A stretch of 64,000 nucleotides of DNA from Hyphochytrium catenoides (Eukaryota; Protista; Hyphochytriomycota), in the NCBI GenBank assembly GCA_900088475.1, contig FLMG01003853.1:1-64000 (forward strand), in the 5' to 3' direction. Made by a program: the position numbers and the translations under genes. Positions 15,001-27,000 of this stretch are shown here, in pieces. The notes beneath the pieces are model-generated. The model saw only the letters and a program-made list of their open reading frames with translations, was not told where the DNA came from and ran no database searches. Positions within the stretch are counted from its first letter, which is position 1. Each line of letters begins with the position of its first letter.

Positions 15001-18000
15001 AGACCCAGATGACTTGCTGCCATCCTGGCTCTCCACAGTAATCCTGCCGCTACTTCCAGAGAGAGATCTGCCGGTAGAGACCAAGAGGCTTCCCGACGTT
15101 GAAGAAGCTGCGCCTGTTTCGACCTGCACCATACCAGACCGGTATATTGACTGTTTAGGATGATCCGCGGTCTTGAGAACCATATCTCCACTCTTCCGCC
15201 CTCCGTAGCCAGTCCCCAACATGATTGACCCTCCTAAGTCTTGTTGGCTAGAACCCGCATTAAGACGAATACTTCCGCCTGATCTGCTTGTAGAGGCACC
15301 TCCAACCACGGCAAGGTTTCCACCAGGACTATCCTGAGCTGATCCAGCCAGAACCTCAATCGCCCCACCTTTCCCTCCTTGGCTAATAGCTCTCCCAGCA
15401 GCTATAGTTACAGACCCGGCAAGGCCCGCTTGTGTGGACCCTGAGCTAAGGTGGACTGAACCTGAGGCAGCCAGATCAGCTACATCTGATGTCCGCAAGA
15501 ATAGATCTCCTGATCCACCGCCCAAGGTAGAAGATGATTCAATATTGATGTCTCCACTTCTCTTCTGTCTGGATGCTCCAGACCGGATTGCAACATGACC
15601 ACCACGTGCGGTTGTCGAGTACCCACTGGCGAGGAAAAGATTACCGCCTAAGCCTTCAGTGGTGGCGCCAGCAGAGATTGACACCTCTGCACCGTCTCTC
15701 TGACTTTGGCTTAGAATGGAGCCAGCTACCACTGAGATCCGTCCTGGCGAGGAGCCGTCCGCGGTTGCAATGCTGATGATCCCTCCTCTCACGGACGAAG
15801 GCCCAGTGCTTATTTGGATTGCGCCAGAGCTCCCAGTAGAACTTGCACCAGTAAATAGCGAGAGCTGGCCACTATTGCCTAAGGCTCCTGCTGCCGCTGT
15901 ATTGACCACGATAGAGCCACTATGCCGATCTGCGGCCGCGCCCGAGCTAATTTCTACTTCACCTCCATCTCGAACGCCCCTACCAGCCTGGATGACAAGC
16001 CTTGATTGCCCAGTGGGCGCATTAATGTCTGGCGTCTCTCGTGCATCACCAGTCCGAATGTATACATTACCGGGTAGGGTGGCCGCTCCAGATGACAGAG
16101 TAACGTCTCCTCCTACACCCATAGCTGCTTCGCCAGCGGCAATTACTATGCTGCCGGATGATTGGTTGGGAAGGGAAGAGGCCCCAGAAAGAACGCGGAT
16201 GGAGCCAGATTCCCCTCTCTTGACTGAAGAAGTATGTATATGAATTCCCCCACTCTTGCCGCTTTCCGCTAGGTTGCTCTTTAGAAAAATGTCCCCGCTT
16301 TCTGCACCTTCTCCACTAGAAAGCAGCAGTTTACCTCCCTTACCACTCCTCCTGTTAGTATGGCCTCCTGCAACTATTTGAGCATCTCCTCCTAGCCCTA
16401 CATCACCGGATGACGCTCCTGCTTTCAAAGTAAGTTTGCCCCCGGCAGCTGCTATTGCCTCAGATCTCGATGATCCAGCAGAAACCGTCACACTCCCTCC
16501 TTCCTCATTGACCCCGGATCCTGCAAGCAAGGAGATCGTTCCCCCTCTCTGGTCTCTTAGGCTTGTGCCAGCCTTAAGGTCAATGCTACCCGGCAGGCCC
16601 AAAGCCGTATCTCCAGTATGGAGTTGTATGGAGCCACTCACCCGGTTATCGGCGGCATTGGCAGTTGAAAGAAGAAGCTGGGCACCAGGTCGCTCCTGTG
16701 AGCCACCGGATTGAATCCGAACCTGGCCAGACACTTTGTCTCCACCCGAACCACTGCGAAGCTCTAAATCTCCCGCTCTTGCAGCTCCTTCGGTAGAGTT
16801 ACCGGCATGAAGGAAAAGGGAGCCTCCCCAGGCGTTGTCACCCGTGCCATTGCCTGCTACAAGAAGAATCGAACCAGCAGCATGGGTAGAGGTTGATCCT
16901 GTATGTAGCTTGAGAAATCCTGACATGCTCTCTTTCCCCTCTCCGGTAGTAAGCTCAAGGCTGCCAGACTTTCCATTTGCTAAGCCTGTTCCCACCCTAA
17001 CAGATCCAGAATCCGCCCGTGCAGAAGAATGAGTATGCACCGAAACATCTCCTGTTGTACCTTCAGGGCTACGAGCAGAGCCTGATGATACTATCACACT
17101 ACCCCCCAATGCATTGCCCTTGCCGGCGGCCATGACAAGGGAACCACCTTCCTGTCCTTGGGCCGTTGTTGTTGTTCCCAAAAGGCTTCCAGCTTGAATG
17201 ACCATGTCCCCTGCCTTGCCACCCTGCATGCTGTCTCCTGACCTGAGGTACATTCTTGACCCATCGGTCGACATACTGGTTCCAGATGAAAGGACCACTT
17301 CTCCTGAGCTGACTTCTGAGCGACCAGTGGTTAGGGCGATGCCGCCAGATACTCCACCCTGTCTATTGGTAGTGTTAATTAAGACCTGACCGGTCGATCC
17401 AGATGTGAAGTTGCTCGCGGTGGTTACTATAAGATCCCCGGTAGCCTTGGGCCCGGTTCCTGCTGCTAAAGTAACCGATCCTCCCCTGCCAGATTCAGCG
17501 CTACCACCAGTAATTGATATCAAGCCACCGGACCCCTCGTCTACAGAGATCAGACTACCTGCTGTAAGGTTGATGTCTGCACCGGTTGCCAGGGCTTCTT
17601 TGGTAGTACGAATGTGGCTAACCCCTGCTTGGACCGAGATGCTTCCTGCCCTTGAATAATGAGAGCTGCCTGTCATCAGAGACAAGCTACCGGACGTTTC
17701 GGATGAGGCATCCCCGCTCGTAATAAGAACATTGCCACTTGGTGAACTGCCACCAGTAGAAGAGGACACAGTCAGCATTCCAGCACTACGATCAAGGATA
17801 TTCCCCTGACCAGAAGCGATGATAACTTTGCCGCCCTTTGCACCTAGTCCTGCCTTGAGAGCTATAGACCCGGAGGCACCACCAGCACTATTTCCAGTCC
17901 TGATCTCTACTTGCCCTGTGCTCCATGAAGAAGCTCCTTCGGCATTAGAGGTCCTTAGGATGATACTAGAACCCACGGGAGCTGCACCACTTTGCAACAT

Positions 18001-21000
18001 GATCGCTCCTCCTTCCTGCAAGGTAGCATTTCCGGTTGATAACTCTAGTGAACCGCTCCGGCCTGACGCTCCATACCCTGTTTGAAGTTGTATACCTCCA
18101 CTTTCAGTACTAGAGTCAGGGGATGATATGCGTAAGAGTCCAGAATAAGGTCCGCTTCCAGACATGAGGCTGACGGCTCCTCCAAACGTTCCTTCACCTG
18201 CCGCCATTTGGAGATTTCCACCAGATAGTTCTTCGTTTTGACTTCGGCCTTCCAGCGAGTATGCTCTACCTGCCATAATAGATATCGAGCCACCTTTTCC
18301 TGGACCAGTTTCTAAGATACTGATTATGCCGCCGGCAGTCTCCTCACTAGTATCAATGCTGCTGCTACCGCCTTTAATGACAAGAGCACCAGCCAGACTC
18401 CGAGCAGAGTCACCTGTCGCTATCGTAACAGATCCAGAAGCGTCAGACACCGAATTTCCACTCCGCAGTGTCATGGAACCCGAAGGGCTTTCTAGTTGTC
18501 CGAGTTCTGACGTGGCCGTTTCGAGGAGAATACCACCACTTTGCCCTTGGTGCCCCTTTCCCGATCGAAGTAACACCTCTCCTCCTCGTTTTCCACCACC
18601 AGCTTGTACTAGAACTCCACCTCCGGCTGCAGTTCCAGCTGTGGTGCCCGCCTCCAGAAGTATATTGGATGCTACGCCTACTTCAGCAATGCTGCCTTGA
18701 AGCATTATATCTCCTGACTTAAGATTCCCCGAGCCAGGTTGGAGCTTAATATTGCCTGATGCTCCGTTGACTGACAGCCCTGACGCTATGAGTAGGTCCC
18801 CAGTTCCGGAAGCCCCGGCAACCCCGTCACGGCTTCGCAGTTCAAGGACACCTGTCACACCTTGAGCACTCCCTCCCGTAATAATTTGTACCGCACCTCC
18901 ACTCATTCGTCCTCCGGAAGCTCCAGCCCTCAGACTGATCCCAGCTGCGGCTGAAGTTTTGGAAATAGACTGACCGGCTGCAATGGTGATAGCTCCTGCC
19001 TGCCTCAAGCTTGGACCCGTAGACATTGAGAGGCTCCCAGATTCACCTTGGGGAACATATCCCGTTGCAATTTTAATGGCCCCACTCTTCACCGTTGAAG
19101 TTGCGGAGGTGACAGCTTCCACTATAAGGCCCGTTTGGAGAGTTAGATCTCCTGTTCTTAGCTCATCGGCCCCTCCTGTTGCGGTAGAAACAAGGATGGA
19201 TCCGGTTGCTGTCTCGCCCGCTCCTGAAGCCAGTCGCAAATCTCCACCCTGCATTTTTTTACTTTGACCGCCCGTAATAAAGACGGTAGACCCGATGTCA
19301 CCGAAAGAAGTCCCCGCCTCAACATAAACTGAGCCTGCAGAGGCGGCCGATCCTGACCTTAGCGTGAGTTGGCCAGAACTAGAAGTCACTGATGACCCTG
19401 TGGTAAGCTGAATACCACCACCAGAGGACGTTGTAGAGGCTCCACTAAAGAGGATTAAGTCTCCACCCTCAGTTTCCTCAGATGAACCTGCGGCCAGATT
19501 GAGGCTACCGGCGGTGCCGGTTTCTGTTCCTCCAGCTTGAAGTTCGACTGAACCTGCAATTGCTGACTGCGAATAACCAGCCTCAAACTTTACTTCTCCG
19601 CTTTGTCCACTCTTAGACTTTCCAGTGGATATGTGGACCCTGCCGGTGTCGGCAAGGGAAGACGCAGCTTGACCACTACTAATGAAAATGCCCCCACCCT
19701 CCCTTCCTCTGGAGCTGCTAGTGCTCGAGGCGGCTGTGGATAAGTGCAAGCTTCCACTGCCTTGAACACCGCCTTGACCACTCGCTACTGTGACGTTACC
19801 ACCAGTGGATGACTCAGAGGACCCTGCAGTGATCTCCACGCTTCCCGCGTTTCCAGAACTGGTGGATCCCGAGGCGACTCTGACAGAGCCGGAGTCAGAT
19901 TGTCCTTTGCCACTTGTCAGCTCTATATTTCCTGATTTACTGGCTTGGCCCGTGGAAATCCTAACCCGACCTGAGTCTACTTTGGACGATGAAGAGCCAA
20001 GCAATACTTGGCCGGTGACATTCCTTGCACTGGCACCTGAAAGTATTGAAATATCTCCTCCTGCAACCTCTGAGTGATTTCCAGCGGAAAGAAAGATGCC
20101 TCCAGAGACGGTTCTAGCAGACCTGGCTTCACCAACCTGAATAGTAATATCGCCCCCCTTGTCTCCGGCGCTGTCACCGCTGGACAGTTTGATAGAGCCT
20201 GCAGATTGGCTCGAAGCGCTTGACCCAGTTGTAATGTGAACTGAACCTGAGCCTCCTCTTGACGAAGGAGAAGTCAATAGTTGAATACTTCCCGTTTTCT
20301 GATTAAGGGACTTTCCACCACGAAGAATTACTTCGCCTCCGATTCCCTTAATCGAATCGCCTCCATGCATCATTAGATTGCCCCCGGCGGCTGTAGCCTC
20401 ATTGGCATTAGCTCCTCCGCTTACTGTAAGTCGCCCGCCAGCTTCAGCTGAACCAGCCCCGCCTATCACCTCAACATCCCCACCTGTCAGACCTGCACCG
20501 CCTTGAATCGCCACTGAGCCACCCTTATTGCGAAGAGAAGAACCACCATATAGTCGCACTCCACCGCTAGCAAGGGTTTCACTATACCCTGCGCTCAGGT
20601 GGATTGTTCCTGATGCAATAGTGGCAGACCCTGTTGCGAAAGTGACATTCCCAGAGCTCCCTCCCGTACTTGGGCTTGTACCAAGCAGGACGGAACCTGT
20701 GCTTCCGGTATCTTGAGAGGCAGCAGTCAACAATGTCAGTGAACCAGAACGACTACCACTCCCTGTGTAGAGGGCGACATCACCACCAACGCTGGCTCCT
20801 TGTCCACCCGAGAGAAGAACCATACCGCCATCTCCCTTTCTACTTAGCCCTGCAGAAAGGATTACTCCTCCTCCGCTGCTCGTTACCGATAACGATTCAG
20901 ACTCCCCACCTGATATGACCGTCATGGCAGCACCGCCATCTACCGTGCTGGCTCCTGCAGATAGTCTTACCTCACCACCTTTGCCTTTGCTCGACGATCC

Positions 21001-24000
21001 GCTCGTTAGCTTTAATGAACCTCCGGTGGCAGACACTGAATTTCCAGCTCTAATACTGACGTTTGAACCTGCAGCAAAGCTATCACCAGACTCAACAAGA
21101 ATGAAGCCCGATTGAGCCTTATCGCTGCTGCTGGTGCTTAGGGTGATACTGCCCGTCAGCCCCACAGAACTTTTCCCTGTGTTCATTGTCAAGCTACCGC
21201 TCGAAGCAGTCTGAGAACTGCCAGAAAAGAGCAGTAGATCACCAGAGTTATCTATTGCGCCTCCCGTAGACAGCTGTAAAAAGCCAGACGAGCCCTTTAC
21301 AGCAGTACCAGTACCGATTTTGACATCCCCAGACAACCCAGATCGTACATCTCCAGAATGCAGACCTACACCTCCACTCTCCATTGCCGAGCCTCCCCCT
21401 GTCATTAGCAGCATCTTTCCAGTCTGTTTGGACTCAGATCTGGCAGTCTGAATGACGACTGAGCCTCCAGGTCCGTCAAGACTAGCGCCGCCGCTAACAA
21501 ATATCATGCCACCGGCCTTCTCTCGCTGGAATGCATCAGCACCCATGATCTCTATAGGAGCAGGACCTCCCAATCCGCTGGTTCCAGGCTGAAGAGAGAT
21601 TTTACCGGCTTTGTTCGAGGATGAGCCTGAAGCCAAAATGATGCTGCCGCTGCTAGTTAAAGCTGTCCCCGAAACCAGTTTAATCCGTCCGCTTTTGTCG
21701 CCATCTTTGGACGATACAAGAATGTCCCCTGTGAGAGTGTTAGAACCTTTTCCCACCGAAAACCTTGCGAAGTGTGCCTGGAAGGAGGCGAGTATATCCA
21801 CCACCAGGGCTTGGCTGTCAAGCTCATGCAGATCCTTGATAGGGCTGGTGCTGCCGGGCATGGCAAAGATACTCTTCTTTACGTACTCTGGAAAGGTTTT
21901 CGCGACTTCTTGGCCGACAAGACCACGTCTAGGTGCTGTCCCTTCACCCAACATAGTCTCCCATTCCTCAGTATATGCTAAGTCATGCACCTCTAGGGTC
22001 TGTAACCTTTGAAGGAGATTTTCCTTATCTACGCTTTCAATCGTAGTAAGCATTCTTTCGTCTGATGGAAGACCAATACGCGGCACAAGCAGCGGCACGC
22101 TGCTGATCAATTTTTCTTCGTTCATCTCCAAAGCAGATTTACGGTCGAGACTGCCCGATACCGACCAGCTGATTCCTGCTTTTGAAGATAGCTGGATGTT
22201 CCCCTCGGATGTCATAATTGCCTGCGCTGTGGGGCTTCCCGCCGCGTTAAGGATAACAGATCCGTCTGCTCTGGTTACTAAAAGGGGCTTGACATCAGTG
22301 GCGAACGACGGCAAGATGCTGAACTCTCCTCCTTTGCCTGAAGCGCTGGTCGAGCCTAGTGCAACGCGGACCGACCCTGCCTCTTGATCACTGCCACCTG
22401 CGCTCACCGTGAGGTTGCCTCCCACTGTACTCCCCGATCCAGCTGTGAGTGAGACTGAGCCTCCAACGCCACCTACTGAAGTCCCTGCAGCGAGGATAAG
22501 ATCTCCGCCAGGTTCACCGGGTGCGTGGGAAATACCCGCGGAAAGCTTCGCAGAGCCACCTTTCCCTGCCCCATCACCAACGGAAAGGGTCAAGTTCCCA
22601 CTTTGACTCTTACCTCTCTCGTTCGTGGACCAAACCGGACCGCTGCTGATAAAGATGCTTCCGGAGGTCTGTTCCTCGGCGACGGATCCCGAACGGAGAG
22701 CAATAGCACCACTACCCTCCTTGTTCTTACCAGCTGCCTGAGTTTGTAACTCAAGGGCTCCATCTGATGCAGATACCATATCAGACCGGTGTCCAGCAGT
22801 CACAAGGATGCGTCCCTCAGGGCTCACAAGAGAAATATCTCCACTTTGGTCTGAGGCTGATCCTGTGATTAGTCGGATGGACCCTGATGTGCTGCCGGAA
22901 GCATCACCTGTCTCTATCAGTACGCCTCCAGATACCGAATCCTCAACAAGAGCATGTGAGGTAGACAGTTGAATCATGCCACTCACTTTCTCACCCTGTC
23001 CTGATGTAAGCGCCACTGAGCCGGCCTGAGAGATCTTGCTTTTACTCATAGAGGAACCTCCGGTGATGCTGACATTGGCACCACTGCCTGTTGCGAGAGA
23101 GCTACCTCCTACAATCTTTATAGCGCCAGCTGGACTAGATGTAGAAGTGGAGTTGCCGCTAGCGATAAGGACACGACCAGAAGCACCGCTTGAGCTTCCT
23201 GACACAATTGATATGCCTCCGGAAGCCCCAACCCCTGGCACAATGCTTGAGGCAGAGGACAAGAGAATAGCACCACTATAAGCTCCCGAACCACTGGTCA
23301 CCCTAACGGCTCCACCTCGTCCTAGAGGAGTTATGGAGTCTCCTGCGTTCAAATCCAGACCTGCCCCGCTTGCATCCTGCTCTACTGCGGATGAAGATCC
23401 TGCTGATAAAATAACGCGACCGGCGGTTCCAGCGGTGGACGACCCCGATCCAATGATGATATCCCCAGTACCTCCAGTCTTACTTGACCCAGAGCTCATC
23501 GTCATTCGTCCACTGCGAGAGCCTGATGCCAGCACTGAAGCGGAAGTCAGATATACGTCCCCTGACTGCAAGTTGCCCATGCCGGAGGAAAACGAAAGTT
23601 GACCTCCTCTCGCAGTATTAGATTCCCCGGCATAGATTTCAACATTTGCACCGTCACCATTTCCAAAAGAAGAACCGCCTTTAATAGAAATGTTGCCAGA
23701 TGATTGTCTGCTTGAACCTGAGGTCAGCTCAATGGCTCCCGAGACGCCAGTTGAGGAGTCACCAGTGTGTAGAGAGATTGTACCTGAGCCAGAGCTTGCT
23801 ATAGAAGGAGTACGGATAATGACGTTCCCGCTCCGTTGCTGCCCTGACGCACCAGACTCAAATAACAATACTCCCCCTCTCCCACTTGAAGAAAACCCAG
23901 CTGATAAGTTGATCGCACCAGCGCTAAAAGCCCCGGCGGAACTGCCTCCCATAATGTTTATAGCTCCTGCTCCTCCAAGATCGGAGCGTCCTGATCTTAA

Positions 24001-27000
24001 CGTTAGTGGACCAGTTGATCCAGCCACGGATGAGCCCGTCTCCAATCGTAACTGACCGCTCACGCCTTTCTTGACATCCGAGGTAGCCAATATGGCAGCG
24101 CCGCTCGAGGCCTCAACCGCTGCTCCAGAAACCATTGTCAGGTTTCCACCATCAGCAGCAGTTGAGCCACCTGCCATAATGTTCACAGAACCACCGTGCG
24201 AATTTTCAGCCTTTCCTTGGCTTGACCCTGCTGTGAGTTTAATTGCCCCACCGACGCCCGAGTGACCCCTATAATCTCCTGCAGCGAGAAAGACGGCCCC
24301 TCCGTAGCTATTGTCAAAGGTGGTGCTGCCAGCTGTCAAACTGATGGTAGACCCATTGAAATTTCTCCTCATTAGTCCGGCGCTGTCAGCGTCAGTTCCG
24401 CTAGAGGCACCACCTGTTAGTACTATATCGCCCGATCTTCCCGCAGAGTTTTCACCGGAGCTTATTTGCACCATCCCGGTACTCGAACTTGGATTTCTAG
24501 CAGCTCCGCTGGACAAAACAACACGTCCACTGAAGCCGAGGTCCGACTTAGCCGTTGTAAGGCGCAGAGCTCCACTGCCGCTGTTTGGTCCCCCTGCTCC
24601 AGTCTTGATAGTAATGTCAGCCCCACTAAAGCCATTAGTAGTCGTGGATCCTCCGGCTAAAGTGATCTTCCCTGGCCTTTGGCCCGAATTGCCAGTCCCT
24701 ATATTGAGGTCTCCAGATGGGCCCTTGTTTGCGCTGCCGGAAACGATGGTGATAGATCCAGTGCTGCCACTATGTGCTGAGCCGGTTGCAAGGGTGACAA
24801 AACCACTGTCTGCCGGGTTAGTAGAGGTAGGTGCTGTTGCAAGGGTGATAACACCAGTGCCACTGCGTTCACTTCTGCCACTGGAAATTTTGACACTACC
24901 ACCTGGAGAGCTGAGCGCTTTCCCGCCGTGGATGATGATTGAGCCACCCTCCTCTACTGGAAATCGCGAAGCGGAATCGCCGCCCAGAAGGCTGACATCT
25001 CCACCTTTTGCGGTGGAGCCCATTCCTCCTTGTATCTGGACCATTCCACCGGGCCCCTTTGCTGAATCACCTGCCTGCATATTTATGGCCCCTCCCAGAC
25101 CATTAGTTGCCACTCCGGCTAGAATGCTAACTGACCCTGACTTCGGTCCGTTAGAGGTTCCAGACGCAAGAACTAGGGGCCCACTTTCGTCCTTGAATGC
25201 AGGTCCCGTTCGTATGTGTATATATCCACTCCTACCAGTCCGTCCAGCTTCTGCAGTTTCGATTTGAATATCACCACTGGATGTTGCTTCACCCCTACCA
25301 GAGTGGAGGAATACGGAGCCACCAAAGCTTGCCTTAGAAAAACCGCCTTGGATGGTTACGTTGCCACCAATGTTAAGCGCCTTGTTTGCACCAAGTCCAT
25401 CTCCCCCTGACAGATGAAGTGACCCTCCTGAGCCACCGGCGGTTTCTGTGTTGGTGCCACTTCCGGGCTTTATTGCTACAGAACCTCCTCGCCCGTTTTG
25501 TGATCTCGAGTCTCCTGCCATGATACGGATAGCACCTCCGAGACTAGTAGTCCCTTGGCCCACTGCCAAGGATATGTCCCCTCCATGTCCGCCAAGAGCA
25601 GGTCCAGTCTGAAAGTCCAAAGCACCACTGTTCCCAGCAGTTGTTGAACCTGTTTTGAGTAAAATAATACCACTTTCTCCCCGCCTTCCTGCGTCCTGGG
25701 TATGAAGAAGCAGGTCGCCACTGGAGGTCGCAGAAGAAAAGCCCGTGCGGATGGCTACCCTTCCACCAAACGCATCATCAGATGTAGTTCCTGCCTCAAG
25801 AGAAATAGCTCCACCTACACCTGCATTTCCGTCCCCTACCTTAAGGTCAATGTTGCCTCCTCTGCCTCTGCTGGCTCGTCCTGTCCTGATAGTTACGGGG
25901 CCGCTATGTCCGCTTGTGGAGTTACCCGAAAAAAGCTCAATACCCCCGCTCACACCTGATCGCCCTGCATTAGCGGTTCCCAACACTAAATCTCCGCTAG
26001 AGGAGTCAGCACCAAAGCCCGTCAAGAGCTCAATGTAACCACCCGTGCTCCGACGCGACCAGCCACCGTTTATCACGACGTTACCACCTACGTCAATCCT
26101 TTCGTTGCCGCCCTGAGCTGCACCGGCAATCATGGAGATGGACCCGCCATTACCGCCATCGGCGTAGTAGGTACTGGTACCCTCTCCGGCTGCGATGACG
26201 ACATCACCCCCTTTCTGCTGCTTCTCACTCGTGTGTCCAGCTTGAAGAGCGATATCGCCGCCATCACCCTTCCTACCGGTACCAACGTGGATAGATATTC
26301 CACCACCAGCTCCTTCATAAGCTGCACCCGACAACATAGAGATGGTGCCGGAGTCTCCTTTTGTGGCGGTTCCTGTGATGATAGATACAGCGCCACTGAC
26401 CCCTCCTTCTCCTGATGATGCTGTAGCGAAAGTTATGTCACCGCTGGAAGTCTGGGTACTATGTCCTGATAGCAATTTTATGGAACCTCCTTTGGCTACA
26501 TCTGTTGTGGATCCTGCCGTTATTGAGACCGAGCCACCATCACCAAGGCTGCCACCTCCCACCAAGACAGATATTCCTCCACCTGCTCCACCACTAGACT
26601 CACCGGTCTCGATTCTGAGGTTGCCGGAGTCACCAAGCGCTGCGCTGCCCGATGCTAGTGTGACGCTGCCACTAGCTCCATGCTGGCCTGAGTCGGCCGA
26701 TGAAAATTTAATAGATCCACTGGAAGCCAGGGCAGAGGATCCTGAACTGATTCTGACTGAGCCACTGGACCCCAACCTGGCTCGTCCTCCTTCTATGTGC
26801 ACTTCCCCACCGCTGTCAAAGCGGCTTTCTCCTTCGGCGACACCACCTGTAATTTTGACGTTGCCGCCATTTCCGCCATCTACAGAATTCTGGCTCAAAC
26901 CATCACCTCCACTAATGCTTACCAAACCCCCCATTTTCCCGGCTGACAGAGTATTGCCAGCCTTTATAGCCAGTACACCACCATTTCCATAGTCACCAGT

